In this document: piece by piece, positions 11,601-20,170 of the stretch
Layout: each line of letters opens with the position of its first letter
Position numbering within the stretch: the first letter of the stretch is position 1
Source of the DNA: a virus
Virus record (IMG/VR): IMGVR_UViG_3300042988_001700
Coordinates: 1 to 64,000 of that record
DNA: 64,000 nt
Strand: one strand, 5' to 3'
The notes under the pieces: model-generated
The model's input: the letters and a program-made list of their open reading frames with translations, nothing else
What the model was told of the DNA's origin: nothing
Database searches by the model: none
Made by a program: the position numbers and the translations under genes

Positions 11601-13322
11601 GCTCGGGCTTGGAGAAGTCGAAGGGCTACTACTCGGTGACGACGAAGGGCTTAAAGACGGAGAACTACTCGGAGAAGGGCTACTCGAAGGACTACTCGAA
11701 GCACTCGACGATGGCGACGCGCTTGGACTGGAAGATGGCGACGGACTCGAAGACGGACTACTACTCGGGCTTACGCTCGGACTTGTACTTGGCGAAGTAG
11801 AGGGACTACTTGATTGACTTGTCGAAGGACTTTCCGATGGGCTGTTTGATATAGACGAACTTGGAGACGGGCTTGCCGAAGGACTCGATGATGGAGAAGT
11901 AGAAGGGCTACTACTCGCGCTTGTCGAAGGCGACGACGACGGGCTGTTTGACGGTGAAGGCGAAGCAGAAGGACTTGACGACGCGCTGGACGATGGCGAA
12001 ATTGACGGTGAAGCTGACGGCGAAGACCCTCCACCAGAAGGGCTTGTGCTTGGCGACGAAGATGGAGACGCGCTTGCCGAAGAAGACGGCGAACTGCTTG
12101 GTGACGGGCTACTACTTGGACTCGCGCTTGGGCTTACACTTGGACTTGCTGAAGGCGATGCAGATGCGCTGCCAGACGGAGAAGATGATGGTGATGGTGA
12201 TGCCGAAGGACTGCTTGACGCGCTACTTGACGGGCTCGTAGAAGGAGAATTTGACGCGCTCGAAGACGGCGAAGAACTTGGGCTCGGAGAAGACGATGGG
12301 CTTGCGCTTATCGAAGAAGATGGAGAACTGCTCGGTGACGGGCTGCTTGACGGGCTATTGGATGGCGAAGAGGATGGACTACTACTTATTGACGACGATG
12401 GAGAGGCTGATGGTGAAGATGATGGCGAAGGACTACTACTTGGGCTTGTAGACGGAGAATTAGATACGCTCGAAGAAGGCGACGAACTCGGGCTTGGCGA
12501 CGACGAAGGGCTTGCTGATGGAGAATTTGAAGCACTACCAGAAGGACTCGAAGATGGCGACGGGCTACTCGACGAACTTGTTGATGGAGAAGCTGATGGC
12601 GAAGCAGAAGGGCTTGCTGACGGGGAAGCACTAGGGCTTGGCGACGACGACGCGCTTGTTGATGGAGAACTTGAAGTGGAAGATCCACCACCGGCAGTAG
12701 ATTTTATACTTATAATATTACACACCCAATTGCTGTTGGCGTGTGTAACTGCACCATAAATGTTCGCGGCAGTAGCAGAGTATATTTTGTAATATAAAGC
12801 CGTAAGACCATTCGCGAAAATAACAGCGGTTGAAGCATCCCCGCCTATAGTTGGACTTGTCCATGAAGCAGAAGCATACGTTTTGTGGCCAGACAAAACT
12901 ATTTCATCATCACCGGTTGTTGATATGGTAGCTGATTGTTGCGAAGTCCCTGTCCCTGTCGCGGTTCCTTTTTGGTCAACCGTAACAGTTTCTCCAGCAT
13001 CCGGGCGAAATTGTGCGACATACAACCCACAATAAGGTGCTGTTCCCGCCGTTCCGACAAATGTTGCGTTGGCATTCGCAGCAGCGTTTAGGATGTATCC
13101 AAACCTTCCTCTTGACCCTCCGGCGTTAGATGTCTGAGCCTCCATCGTAAAGCTGTTTGACCCACCATCATTAACGGTAGCGTCTGTAACATTGCTATCT
13201 TCGTATGCAAGCCAACACACCAAAACGTCTCCAGCAGCAATATTAAGTGCAGCAGCAGTAGATTGTGGGCTTGCGCTTTGGTCAGATGTCGATTTTGCTC
13301 CAGCAATAAAACTAAACGCCAT
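5661..13322 (-). CDS. Giant tail fibre/adhesin (~2550 aa) with Ser/Pro mucin-like stalk
   Basis: Likely start MAFSF at 13322, overlapping the upstream gene end. N-terminal beta-rich domain, ~515-aa S/P/T tract, repeated G-x-V-G-I-G fibre motifs, and a C-terminal AGENLAKGEVV...PIGIVYADATSG (DUF2190-like) domain. Confidence 0.8.
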   Translation of the reverse strand: MAFSFIAGAKSTSDQSASPQSTAAALNIAAGDVLVCWLAYEDSNVTDATVNDGGSNSFTMEAQTSNAGGSRGRFGYILNAAANANATFVGTAGTAPYCGLYVAQFRPDAGETVTVDQKGTATGTGTSQQSATISTTGDDEIVLSGHKTYASASWTSPTIGGDASTAVIFANGLTALYYKIYSATAANIYGAVTHANSNWVCNIISIKSTAGGGSSTSSSPSTSASSSPSPSASPSASPSASPSASPSTSSSSSPSPSSSPSGSASNSPSASPSSSPSPSSSPSSSVSNSPSTSPSSSPSPSSSPSASPSSSISSSPSSSPSNSPSSSPSPSSSPSSSISASPSSSPSPSSSPSSSASNSPSTSPSSSASSSPSASPSPSSSPSGSASASPSASPSVSPSASPSSSPSPSSSPSSSASASPSSSPSTSPSGGGSSPSASPSISPSSSASSSPSASPSPSNSPSSSPSTSASSSPSTSPSSSPSASPSPSSSISNSPSESPSTSQSSSPSTSPSTSPSVSPSSSPSSSPSPSSSPSASPSSSASSSPSSSPSPSSSPSLSPSSSPSSSPSTSPSPSASPSTSPSISASNSPSSSPSPSLSPSASPSTSPSSSPSSSPSPSSSPSSSLSSSASASPSLSPSSSPSPSSSPSSSPSTSPSGQSPSSSPSTSVSSSPSSSPSSSPSTSRSASPSHSPSQSPSASISSSPSSSPSPSSSPSHSMSASPSASPSSGPTSQIKIGEYFQNLGTTDLLDGSFLTAKRAVLGPSAILAENDTFEIMSDYSFSYIGTGSYYRTRIDANPITLNTISPISGGGLLSEDRTLSVGGLTGIGSSNNVVAVNAAGNSWAYKSIIGSTGVTVTHTDSQITIASDGTTPVTDHDLLSSSHPDTITGSPVRGDLITAQEETVKWKKLALGTNGYFIKSNGTDIVWAAHGLTYSDVGAQAADADLTAIAGISIARGMMITAQGASPAWAGMAISVPTTGLINYVGVAYGDVEPGYKALFDATVPSTITENDTALAGSASTAARRDHVHAAPETWKPTTHNLLSIYHYDTTGGTVSRGDLIAGIGSTPKWTKLALGTIGTIVSSDGTDVKYQSLSTLGIAPASAIAGTQYRIPRFATTSTLGDSNIYTDAAGTMVGIGVAASDAILKVYTAASGSNALRIGTSGSGGRAIDFGIGDGSTPASVPVSAGYILDNTSTGIFIGSATISNSYLYITPSAGIGVNTLSPLAKLQANGTIVTSDEELIANEDIFILQKWENDPVQRMQANFGLQKYETGSYGKTQLNISLWDTTSISSPLVSIRSNGRVGIGAPTPVSFVELRRASDDATHWFSLTCDGLTHGITTVLPTHAFFSIDTQDTSKGGATIMGATSEDDRNPVMLFGILGATDGLGQTVAAINIRGSKQNGTTITAITTTKPVIDFTNNNTLLGRFIGSGYFGFNTSAPDKQVEINSATGDCLRLTYNVDNGSATYYSDFSVSNAGQLSIVAAGGIYSNNFVGIGATPDSNVRLSLGSSSSWTTAGWLKSLYFNTNDSVMLWDKSSDNLYCGFGHTSNSFYWITSTAIDNSAVAGYPMSLTNAGDLTLGSIAHETTDVDKIIVSSSGQLKYRTGAEILSDIGGAGALSGTQYRIPRFATTSTLGDSNIYTDAAGTMVGIGVAASDAILKVYTAAAGSNALRVGTSGSGGRAIDFGIGDGSTPTSVPISAGYILDNTSTGIFIGSDSVSNSFVYITPSSGIGINTLSPLAKLQVNGTQVPSTHQLLANEDIFIIQRFENDPVQRMQANFGLQKYEDSDYGKTQLNVSLWDTTSISSPIVSIRGNGNVGVCGDPSYRFQVFGGSTSLALNYFLNFETIKYGFASATINYSYSGSTSWYLMNQEDNKALATMLNGGNFGIGTVTPLARVHIVQNIATARNQIMIDQSPGTGNDTLGYIGFNAYHNASGTLTHASSNGRGAFTIEHSAAAANSSLATFSLLSPTLTDEGYFSLFNKCFGINSPSPTHSFEVRNVATDSWLGIEMEIEDTDFRNANYYSISSTASDYTRHQFYTHDGFSETDHLAMFIDYDGSVEVRGPYLWVYNDWGTYSKVVLECGDTDITSSKYLGSFVVRSRDSSTYGIGECARIDVKAAADFGGSGRPTYFSFCTSDNNNSGPIERFKIGYTGILNYVSPVNEGTTASKILTLDSANNIDFRTPAELIVDMGGVSGTGTDNYLLKYTTGATGAVGDSNIVDNGSSLRLLSYTYIDSETTNNTPYGLTLSNKGVFTNDITTKYVNPFYIIADISISSGKTVTNGVNGAFAGAEIVVLRGYPDDNGSLDALTGLLIYHGHAYTYPGGSTATTTNSYGIRLRPYHNTTTSTIINSYGIKIESPNVADGEATVTNQYPIYSAWAAKSYLAGGLQVDGTITCATITHATSISLTSPKVYIGSRTMETDEGGRAILYTAGENLAKGEVVCFLQGGTGGRVYKCPTSGNSADMPIGIVYADATSGNSVWIVCSGRAEALPEAGLTLTMGYVCSVSTSTSGRVTQENTPSTVQHWRECGHPEANGSANGALTFINVHFN
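7865..10004 (-). repeat. Internal duplication of a ~200-aa fibre module (copies ~9405-10004 and ~7865-8463)
   Basis: Both copies read GTQYRIPRFATTSTLGDSNIYTDAAGTMVGIGVAASDAILKVYTAA...ENDPVQRMQANFGLQKYE...SLWDTTSISSP. Confidence 0.95.
11139..12683 (-). repeat. Low-complexity Ser/Pro/Thr/Ala coding repeat (SSSPS, SASPS, STSPS units)
   Basis: About 515 codons of almost only S, P, T and A; mixed Ser codons, so not a perfect DNA tandem repeat. Confidence 0.95.
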
Positions 13323-13614
13323 AAGTAGCTCTCCATACAATATCCTCAATTTGAGGAATATCTATTTTAGTCACAGATTTACTGCCAGTATTTATTCTAA
13401 ACGATGGTCTATTTGAAGTTGGAATTGAATACGACAATGTATTTCCTGGGGCAACAGTTCTTTCCAATGTCAGCGGAGATATAAGGTAAATACGCAATGT
13501 TTTACTTCCATTGTTAACAGCAGACACACCCGTCATCTTCATAGTAGAATCATTATACGTTATCGTTATTGTACATAATGGATCAAGGTAATCAACTCTA
13601 GTGATAATTGCCAT
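13312..13614 (-). CDS. Hypothetical beta-rich protein, probably virion-associated
   Basis: 100-aa ORF overlapping the fibre start. Confidence 0.5.
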   Translation of the reverse strand: MAIITRVDYLDPLCTITITYNDSTMKMTGVSAVNNGSKTLRIYLISPLTLERTVAPGNTLSYSIPTSNRPSFRINTGSKSVTKIDIPQIEDIVWRATYGV

Positions 13615-13616
13615 AA

Positions 13617-14327
13617 TTAACTTCTTCTACTTGTTGAATGAAAAAGGCTAAATGGATTGTAATCTATGTCACCGCAAAACTTCCCGTTTGGAAACATATA
13701 CACAAGCGGCCGATATTCGGTCCTATTAACCTTTCCGCTTGCTATATTTCTATCCCACACACCCTGAAAGCAGCGGTCTTCTCCCTGCGGATACGGCTTT
13801 CCTATCAAATCTTCTCGGTACATGCCCATGATATCAATAAAAACGCTTTTCTTCATGACGAATTCGTTTGTGTGTGCGGAAACCTTAACACCTCTGTCTT
13901 TAATTCTTTGCTCCGTCAGACCATATTTCTTAAGATCGCTTATATTTTGAGATAAAACGCCATTTCCATCAAGTATTCCGAATTCTCTACGAAAATTCAT
14001 ACGGTCTTCTTTAAGATTCAAGGCGTCAAATATTGCTTCTTTTGGGATAATGTAATCGATATCAGCCATAAGCAAATATTCTCCAGATGCAGCAATGGCA
14101 CCCTTGTTTCTTGCTGGTGCCCAAGTCCATGGTCTTTTGTCGTGAGTTTCAATTATCTTAAAATTTTTCAATTCCGGAAGACAAACTGATAGTAACGCCG
14201 GGTCGCTGCCATCGTCAACGAATATTATCTCTACGTTGTCGGGTAGATTCATTGCTTTATAATGGAGGATCTGTCTATAGACAATTTCATGGCTATTAAG
14301 AACTGGTATTACTATTGAAAGTTTCAC
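13617..14327 (-). CDS. Glycosyltransferase, GT-A fold (GT2 with GT7C-like C-terminus)
   Basis: LSIVIPVLN, IIFVDDGS, ARNKG, DID (DxD), GMYREDL...QGEDRCF. GTG start overlaps the upstream TGA. Confidence 0.85.
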   Translation of the reverse strand: MKLSIVIPVLNSHEIVYRQILHYKAMNLPDNVEIIFVDDGSDPALLSVCLPELKNFKIIETHDKRPWTWAPARNKGAIAASGEYLLMADIDYIIPKEAIFDALNLKEDRMNFRREFGILDGNGVLSQNISDLKKYGLTEQRIKDRGVKVSAHTNEFVMKKSVFIDIMGMYREDLIGKPYPQGEDRCFQGVWDRNIASGKVNRTEYRPLVYMFPNGKFCGDIDYNPFSLFHSTSRRS

Positions 14328-14911
14328 GGTTTTACCCAAAACGCTGTTGGCATTGCTTCTCTTGTACAATACCAAGGATTAATCATGTTACAATGTGTAT
14401 AGCTATCGACCGCCTGAACGACACCAGACCTGAAGAAATGGAAATAATCGTGCGCTGCTACAATTCCTCCGGAACGAACCTTTTTAGACCAGCAGATTAT
14501 ATCCATTGCCGCATGGTCAAAGGTATGGTCACCGTCGATATAAACGAAGTCAAGAGACTCGTCTTCGAATAATTTAACAGCATCCATTGAGAACATTCTC
14601 ATGAATTTAACATTGTGCCCAAGCGTATTTTCTTGGGCTAAAGCAAAATTTCGGTCTTGAGCTTCCAAAGTAACCCTTTTATTGAATGCGCACCAAGGAT
14701 CGACGCACGTCAATTCAATGTTGGGATTTTTTTCACAAAGAACCTTTGCAAACAATCCTCTTTGTGTTCCAACTTCTACTCCTTTATTGAGGCCTATTTC
14801 ACCGAATAACTCAGCAAGATTGTTTCTGTCTCCGCGCGGAGGGCTCCACGGAAGATTGTCTTTTGAACTACGGAATTTAAACTTCCTACAAATTTCTTCA
14901 TGCGTTGTCAT
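14324..14911 (-). CDS. Class I SAM-dependent methyltransferase (Methyltransf_24-like, probable sugar O-methyltransferase)
   Basis: GVEVGTQRG, CVDPW, LDFVYIDGDH, GGIVAAHDY motifs. Confidence 0.85.
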   Translation of the reverse strand: MTTHEEICRKFKFRSSKDNLPWSPPRGDRNNLAELFGEIGLNKGVEVGTQRGLFAKVLCEKNPNIELTCVDPWCAFNKRVTLEAQDRNFALAQENTLGHNVKFMRMFSMDAVKLFEDESLDFVYIDGDHTFDHAAMDIICWSKKVRSGGIVAAHDYFHFFRSGVVQAVDSYTHCNMINPWYCTREAMPTAFWVKP

Positions 14912-15605
14912 AAACTTTTACAATCTCCTTTGCTTTTCCCCAATAAGGTATGTCGTATGCTTTAATTTGTCCATGTTTCTTCCATTTTGTTTTTTGCCTG
15001 TCATCTGTTCCATTCACATGATTAAGTTGAACTATAGCGTTCGTGCAATACCATTCAACCATATTCCGCCGCGATACCCCAAGATTGTTTTCGACCATCT
15101 TGCGGCCAACTTCGCCAACCAAATCATCGCGGCCAAACCCAAAAGGCCATTTCGATTCTCTTTCTTCAAGTGCATCTATAAGATACTCTCTTGGAGCTAT
15201 AAGCGAACAATTACTTATTCTATTTCTTAGGCAGTATATTGGATTGGATTCCCAAGCGAATAGAGACCACCTTGACCTATCGTAACTAACTTCGTCATTT
15301 TTTGGTCTAAATTCTTTAAAATGCTCTGTGGTATAAAGAACGTCGTCTTCGGCTGTCGCAATATATTTGGTTTTTGCCAATTTTGCGCCAATCAATAATT
15401 GGTGATAAATATTCCAATAGCTTTTTTGATTGCTGTCCAAGACATACTCTGTGTCTGAAAATGGAAAAACAAAAGAAGAGTTGCGCGTTATGCAAATAGT
15501 TGGCGTTTTTTCTCCAACAGCTGCTTTTAAATATGACAATTGGAAGTCAATCCATTTTAGCGGCATTTCATTTGCAGTGATATATATGACTGTTATGTCG
15601 TCCAT
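14898..15605 (-). CDS. Putative glycosyltransferase (GT-A fold)
   Basis: ITVIYIT N-terminal strand, KYIATAEDDVLY (EDD motif); lies between GT and MTase genes. Confidence 0.65.
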   Translation of the reverse strand: MDDITVIYITANEMPLKWIDFQLSYLKAAVGEKTPTICITRNSSFVFPFSDTEYVLDSNQKSYWNIYHQLLIGAKLAKTKYIATAEDDVLYTTEHFKEFRPKNDEVSYDRSRWSLFAWESNPIYCLRNRISNCSLIAPREYLIDALEERESKWPFGFGRDDLVGEVGRKMVENNLGVSRRNMVEWYCTNAIVQLNHVNGTDDRQKTKWKKHGQIKAYDIPYWGKAKEIVKVYDNA

Positions 15606-16519
15606 TGATACCCCTCCCACCCTGGCACCGGACCAAACTTCTCTACAAGCCACCGCAATGGCCTATGGGCCTTGTTCCACATTCCGCGTATCCAAAGGTC
15701 TTTTGATCTTTGTCGTGCTATTTTGACCTGTTTGTCGTCCAATGGGTAGGGGAATCCAAAGTCTCCTCCCTGTGTCCTGAATAAATGAGAGTACCAAGTC
15801 TTTTTATTAACCAATTGCTGGCCTCCAGACAACCACGACTTGCATGAAATCTCGGTTCCCATTTGACCCCACGAACCATGTTCTTCGTCAAGCCCACCAA
15901 GATCCCAGAATCTTTTACGGTGCATCATCCAGCAAGCGCCAAGATTCCCCATAACAGGAGCAATATCTTTGTTGCTTTCTTCTCGCTTTTCGTAGTCTTT
16001 CCAATACTGAAAATGGAGATCCGAATCAAATCTCATAAAATCAGAACGCCTATTCAGTCTTGGCTTCCATACCATTTCTCTACTAAAAGTTCCATTTAAC
16101 AAACATTTTGGGCATATCGTCGGAGTAGGACCTTGGTATATTCTTGTTCCACAAGAACTGCATACCCAATCAAAAACGTGCAAATTATATAGTCTTGGGA
16201 CAATGGTACTGTCATAATCACATTCTGAAGTTAATTTTACGTCGAAGCCTTCATCTACAGAACAATGAGCGTCAAGTTTCATTACGAATTTTGATCGAGA
16301 AACTGAAATTCCAATATTTGTAGCCGCACGTTGTCCGACCGATTCGGAAAAATGGAGCATCGTTATTTTTGGATCGTCTTCTATTGGCGTTATTGGCCAG
16401 CATCCATCACAAACTACTATTATTTCCGTATCTCCACGCATGTTTTCAAGAATAGACTTAACGGTTTCACCGAGAAACATCTCGTTTCTACTTGGTATTA
16501 CAACCGACAAATTGTGCAT
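15593..16519 (-). CDS. Glycosyltransferase resembling polypeptide N-acetylgalactosaminyltransferase (GT27-like catalytic domain, no lectin domain)
   Basis: SVVIPSRNE; KLDAHC (DxH motif); GACWMMHRKRFWDLGGLDEEHGSWGQMGTEISCKSWLSGG...YSHLFR parallels the Gal/GalNAc-T motif; CxxC...CxxC insertion. Confidence 0.75.
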   Translation of the reverse strand: MHNLSVVIPSRNEMFLGETVKSILENMRGDTEIIVVCDGCWPITPIEDDPKITMLHFSESVGQRAATNIGISVSRSKFVMKLDAHCSVDEGFDVKLTSECDYDSTIVPRLYNLHVFDWVCSSCGTRIYQGPTPTICPKCLLNGTFSREMVWKPRLNRRSDFMRFDSDLHFQYWKDYEKREESNKDIAPVMGNLGACWMMHRKRFWDLGGLDEEHGSWGQMGTEISCKSWLSGGQQLVNKKTWYSHLFRTQGGDFGFPYPLDDKQVKIARQRSKDLWIRGMWNKAHRPLRWLVEKFGPVPGWEGYQWTT

Positions 16520-16848
16520 TAAACAAGCTCCCTTAGCGCCTCAAGATTTGCTACTCCGGCAGGAACAAGAAATTGAATGGGGTCACTTATCGATTTAACC
16601 ACTCCATCACCAGCCCGGATCTTTATATCAAGAACGTCTGGTTCGTCGTTATATGTTCTTTTCCCATCCCTTATCGCCTGTGTTTTCTTATCAACAAGCC
16701 TTGAATCGTTTCCTTCTGCTACAGTCCCCGCCGTTGTACCAAAAATAGCTGATGCGCTTAATTGCTGGCCAACAATAGTTAAATCAACGCTTGAAGTATC
16801 TACGACCGTAACCGGTTTATGATCGTGAGAAGGATATCTTTTAATCAT
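16519..16848 (-). CDS. Hypothetical virion-associated protein
   Basis: GTTAGTVAEGNDSRL is a tail-fibre-like motif; coupled to neighbours. Confidence 0.5.
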   Translation of the reverse strand: MIKRYPSHDHKPVTVVDTSSVDLTIVGQQLSASAIFGTTAGTVAEGNDSRLVDKKTQAIRDGKRTYNDEPDVLDIKIRAGDGVVKSISDPIQFLVPAGVANLEALRELV

Positions 16849-17171
16849 AGGCTCAACATTCCACTTATTCTGATATTAACGAGTGCTCCAGTTGAATAGC
16901 CGTATATTGTCCCGGCAGACTCAAGTATCTGCCAGGTCCCATACTCAATGTGTTCTGATGGTTCTATAACAAAATCATATAAGAAAAAGTTAGTTATTGA
17001 TGCCGATTCTCCAGGAATAACAAAATTCAAGAATACATGCGCATTAACAGCACCACGATTAACCATTGAAATTTGTTTTATTTCAGCTATTTGTCCGGGC
17101 GGGATAGTCTTCAAAAGGAGACTTGAAACCCCAAGCGTTCCTTGATAAAACATTTTTGGCGTTAGTGGCAT
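16845..17171 (-). CDS. Small beta-sandwich tail-associated protein
   Basis: 108 aa, beta-rich, in the structural operon. Confidence 0.5.
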   Translation of the reverse strand: MPLTPKMFYQGTLGVSSLLLKTIPPGQIAEIKQISMVNRGAVNAHVFLNFVIPGESASITNFFLYDFVIEPSEHIEYGTWQILESAGTIYGYSTGALVNIRISGMLSL

Positions 17172-17172
17172 T

Positions 17173-17409
17173 TTATATTTCCGTACACATTAAGGTGTAT
17201 AATCTGTTCTCTATGCGCTCTCTATCAATATAATCAAGAACATCTCGAATTGAAGATTTATCGTTTTTTACGCTCTCTGTTTTTAATTCTATAGACTTTA
17301 GTCTCGATTCGACCGATAACAATTTCCTATCTAAAATATTATTATCATTCTCAAGATTATTTATTCTTATTGTTGGATCATTATTTATTGAAATTGGATT
17401 ATTTTCCAT
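17173..17409 (-). CDS. Hypothetical coiled-coil protein
   Basis: 78-aa ORF tightly packed in the operon. Confidence 0.5.
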   Translation of the reverse strand: MENNPISINNDPTIRINNLENDNNILDRKLLSVESRLKSIELKTESVKNDKSSIRDVLDYIDRERIENRLYTLMCTEI

Positions 17410-18888
17410 TTAAAACCTCGGGAAAACGATGTTTCCATTTTCGTCTTTTGCGTTGTTGTAATAATACTCCAATGCTTTTGCGCTTATTGCTGAATTTATT
17501 GCAATAATATCAAAAAAATTAGAATTCCCAGTAGGTGTAATTAAAATTATTCCAGACGCGGTTACATTGCTTGCATACCCAAGCGTCCAAGCTCCTTGTG
17601 GGTAATGGATTTGTTCGCTATATTGTGTTATTACTACAGGAACTCCACCGATAGACAGAGAAAATACACCCTGATACCATAGCATTATGGTTCCTGAAGA
17701 CAATGAAACGCTCCCAATATTTTGTGGAATATCAAACGAAATTGCAGAATTGGCTATTTGGTCTGGGCCATACACGTTCCTGTAATACGTTGACAATGAT
17801 ATTGGAATTCCAGTAGCGAGGTTAACTATTTGCTCCCTGTAATCGCCAACTCTCAGCAATGGAATAGAAAACTCTTCTTGGTAATTATCGTGATTCATTA
17901 ACATTTCTGTTGGGTCTGCCGGAGTATCCTGCGAGACGTAGTGTTGCGCTCTTCCCATAATTCTAAAACCAGACATGTTTGCGGTTATTTTTGCCTGAAG
18001 CCTATTACCTTCTGCTTTTTTGTCAAACGATATCATGTGTTTTGGCAAAACAATATCTGTTGCGGATACTTTTACTGTCTCCGGTTCTCCGTCCGCAAGC
18101 ATCGAAACATCAATCGATAACCCATCTGGATATCCGTTGTCATCAAAACCTGTTACATCTCTATTTTCTTCTTTTATTGGCCTTGTATAAAAATAGTTCT
18201 GTAATGCACGCAAGAAAAAGTCTTCTTCCCCGCCAATGTCTTCACCGTACAACACTTCTGGAATTATTTCCGTTCCCCCAGTGTTGTCGGTCCCAACTTT
18301 ATCTTTCCATACCTTTGTAAGGCCGCTTCCATCTGGACCGTCAAACGTAGCTATGTCATACAACATCCCATCCTTACAATCAAGTACCAATAAATGCGGA
18401 TAAAAAGAGTCGTCGTAAATAGAAAGAACACCGCAACGAGCCTCTGGTGTTGGCCAAGAATCTCCAGAGCATTCTGAAAACCCAAGCCCTTGATCAGTAG
18501 TAAACCCAAACCTATAACATCTGTTTGTCTTTGAAACGTCTCTTCCTGTTGATCCCGTGTCCCACCCATATACGGTTATATAATCTTCTTTTACCTCGAT
18601 TTCCGAATTTCCATCCTCGTCGGTGACTGTGTGGCTTACGGTATACACTCCCGGCATAGAATAAACATGTGAAGGATTTTCTTCGGTTGAATACTCTCCG
18701 TCACCAAAAGCCCAAAGATGCGTATACGTTCTCGTTCTTTCCGAAAACACAATGTTAAAAGAATAATATGCCCAAGAAACATGGGTCCTGTCGTCAAACG
18801 AAATTCCAGCAACTGGAACAGGGAGCAATTGCCCCCTGAACGACGAATTTAACGCCTTCCTTCGTTTTTCTTCAGTATCAATAGCCAT
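17410..18888 (-). CDS. Tail protein with C-terminal half of a PKD domain near its N-terminus
   Basis: LWAFGDGEYSTEENPSHVYSMPGVYTVSHTVTDEDG...DYITV matches the PKD signature. Confidence 0.7.
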   Translation of the reverse strand: MAIDTEEKRRKALNSSFRGQLLPVPVAGISFDDRTHVSWAYYSFNIVFSERTRTYTHLWAFGDGEYSTEENPSHVYSMPGVYTVSHTVTDEDGNSEIEVKEDYITVYGWDTGSTGRDVSKTNRCYRFGFTTDQGLGFSECSGDSWPTPEARCGVLSIYDDSFYPHLLVLDCKDGMLYDIATFDGPDGSGLTKVWKDKVGTDNTGGTEIIPEVLYGEDIGGEEDFFLRALQNYFYTRPIKEENRDVTGFDDNGYPDGLSIDVSMLADGEPETVKVSATDIVLPKHMISFDKKAEGNRLQAKITANMSGFRIMGRAQHYVSQDTPADPTEMLMNHDNYQEEFSIPLLRVGDYREQIVNLATGIPISLSTYYRNVYGPDQIANSAISFDIPQNIGSVSLSSGTIMLWYQGVFSLSIGGVPVVITQYSEQIHYPQGAWTLGYASNVTASGIILITPTGNSNFFDIIAINSAISAKALEYYYNNAKDENGNIVFPRF

Positions 18889-19961
18889 TATGGAGCCACC
18901 GATTTCGATCTGGTAAAAGTTACGCCATTGTCATCAAGAGTGTTCTTGCAAATAGGAGTAGTCCCGTTTGCGGCATACAATGTTTGTAGTGTCGCCGTTG
19001 TAGTTATCTTGTTCTTTTGCTGCATGTACAAAAACGATAACACCTCTGAAAGTGTTGGCGTGTCAGAAGGTTCTCCTGCCGACAACTCTGGAATAACATC
19101 TTCTTTTAACGCAACATGCTCAAGAAGGTATTTTACGTTCACAGTGTTTGTTGCGTCAGATAGCCATAATGCAACACCTTGTAACCCTAAACATGTAATA
19201 GTCATTCCGCTTCCGTTTCCGTCACCGCGAAATTCTGCGCCAATTCCGTCAGAATCGGTTCCGGCGAAACATAATAGTCCAGCATCAGAAACTGCTCCGC
19301 CCTCTATGCGCATTCCGGCACCACCAAGAGTTCCTTCTGCTGATATTCCATCGCCATTTCCAAGACCTATTGCTTTTATACCACAACCATCCCCCGTTCC
19401 GCTTCCACCAGTTGTATGTAGACCATCACCAGAGCTTCCTCCACCATAAAGGTATGCCCCGTGACCATCATCGTCTCCACCAGCGCTAAAAAAGCCATGG
19501 CCGGTTCCGTTTCCGCCAAGAACTAATCCATTTCCATTGCCACCTTGAGATTGAAAATATGCTGCGTCTCCATTGTCATTAACAACCATTATTGATTTCA
19601 ATTTCAAGTTAGCATTATAATCACTTGTCGCGTCGCCTTCTATGTGCCTTAAGTCTGCTGCCGCTGACATTTGTATATTGTGCAATTCTCCATAGGCAAC
19701 ACTGCTTATCGCGTATGAAATGTAAATGCTATAAGATTTCCCTTTTACTAAAGATATTTGAAGTCTTTCAGAATACAATCCAAGAGTGTTATCGTCGTCA
19801 AGTTTTGCCATATTTCCAGTATGAATAGGTGTTGCGGTTTCGTCCTCGTATATCCTATACGCGGGAACAGCATCGGAATCGGCAACAGCACCGTTCGCGC
19901 CTTTTGTTAAAACAGAAAACGTAATTGTGTCGCTATCATCCCACGAACCTATGTACATCAT
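18888..19961 (-). CDS. Gly-rich repeat virion protein (possible beta-helix)
   Basis: About 13-aa repeats such as GNGTGHGFFSAGG, GDDDGHGAYLYGG, GSSGDGLHTTGG. Confidence 0.55.
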   Translation of the reverse strand: MMYIGSWDDSDTITFSVLTKGANGAVADSDAVPAYRIYEDETATPIHTGNMAKLDDDNTLGLYSERLQISLVKGKSYSIYISYAISSVAYGELHNIQMSAAADLRHIEGDATSDYNANLKLKSIMVVNDNGDAAYFQSQGGNGNGLVLGGNGTGHGFFSAGGDDDGHGAYLYGGGSSGDGLHTTGGSGTGDGCGIKAIGLGNGDGISAEGTLGGAGMRIEGGAVSDAGLLCFAGTDSDGIGAEFRGDGNGSGMTITCLGLQGVALWLSDATNTVNVKYLLEHVALKEDVIPELSAGEPSDTPTLSEVLSFLYMQQKNKITTTATLQTLYAANGTTPICKNTLDDNGVTFTRSKSVAP

Positions 19962-20170
19962 TTACCCCCATCGGAAGGTGTTTCGGTGCCAAGAAGTTTT
20001 TTAAGAGAATTTTTATAGTCAGATATCTCTTTTTCGAGATTAATTATTTTTTTTGATTGTTCAACAATGGTATTTCCAAGATCAATAATAAGTTTTTTGA
20101 CGTCTCCGTTTTGGGCATCAATCCTAACAATATTCTCGTTTATAATGTCTTTTATCGTTCTTTCCATCAC
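19958..20170 (-). CDS. Small coiled-coil protein
   Basis: Heptad pattern; similar to the upstream 59-aa ORF. Confidence 0.5.
   Translation of the reverse strand: MMERTIKDIINENIVRIDAQNGDVKKLIIDLGNTIVEQSKKIINLEKEISDYKNSLKKLLGTETPSDGGK

Noticed and set aside
11139-12683. Possible CRISPR array or DNA satellite
   Set aside because: No fixed repeat with unique spacers; the repetition is at the amino-acid level with varied codons.
11132-12759. Plus-strand ORFs rich in Asp/Glu/Gly/Leu (e.g. 12046..12759)
   Set aside because: Antisense shadows of the Ser/Pro repeat; no RBS or operon context.
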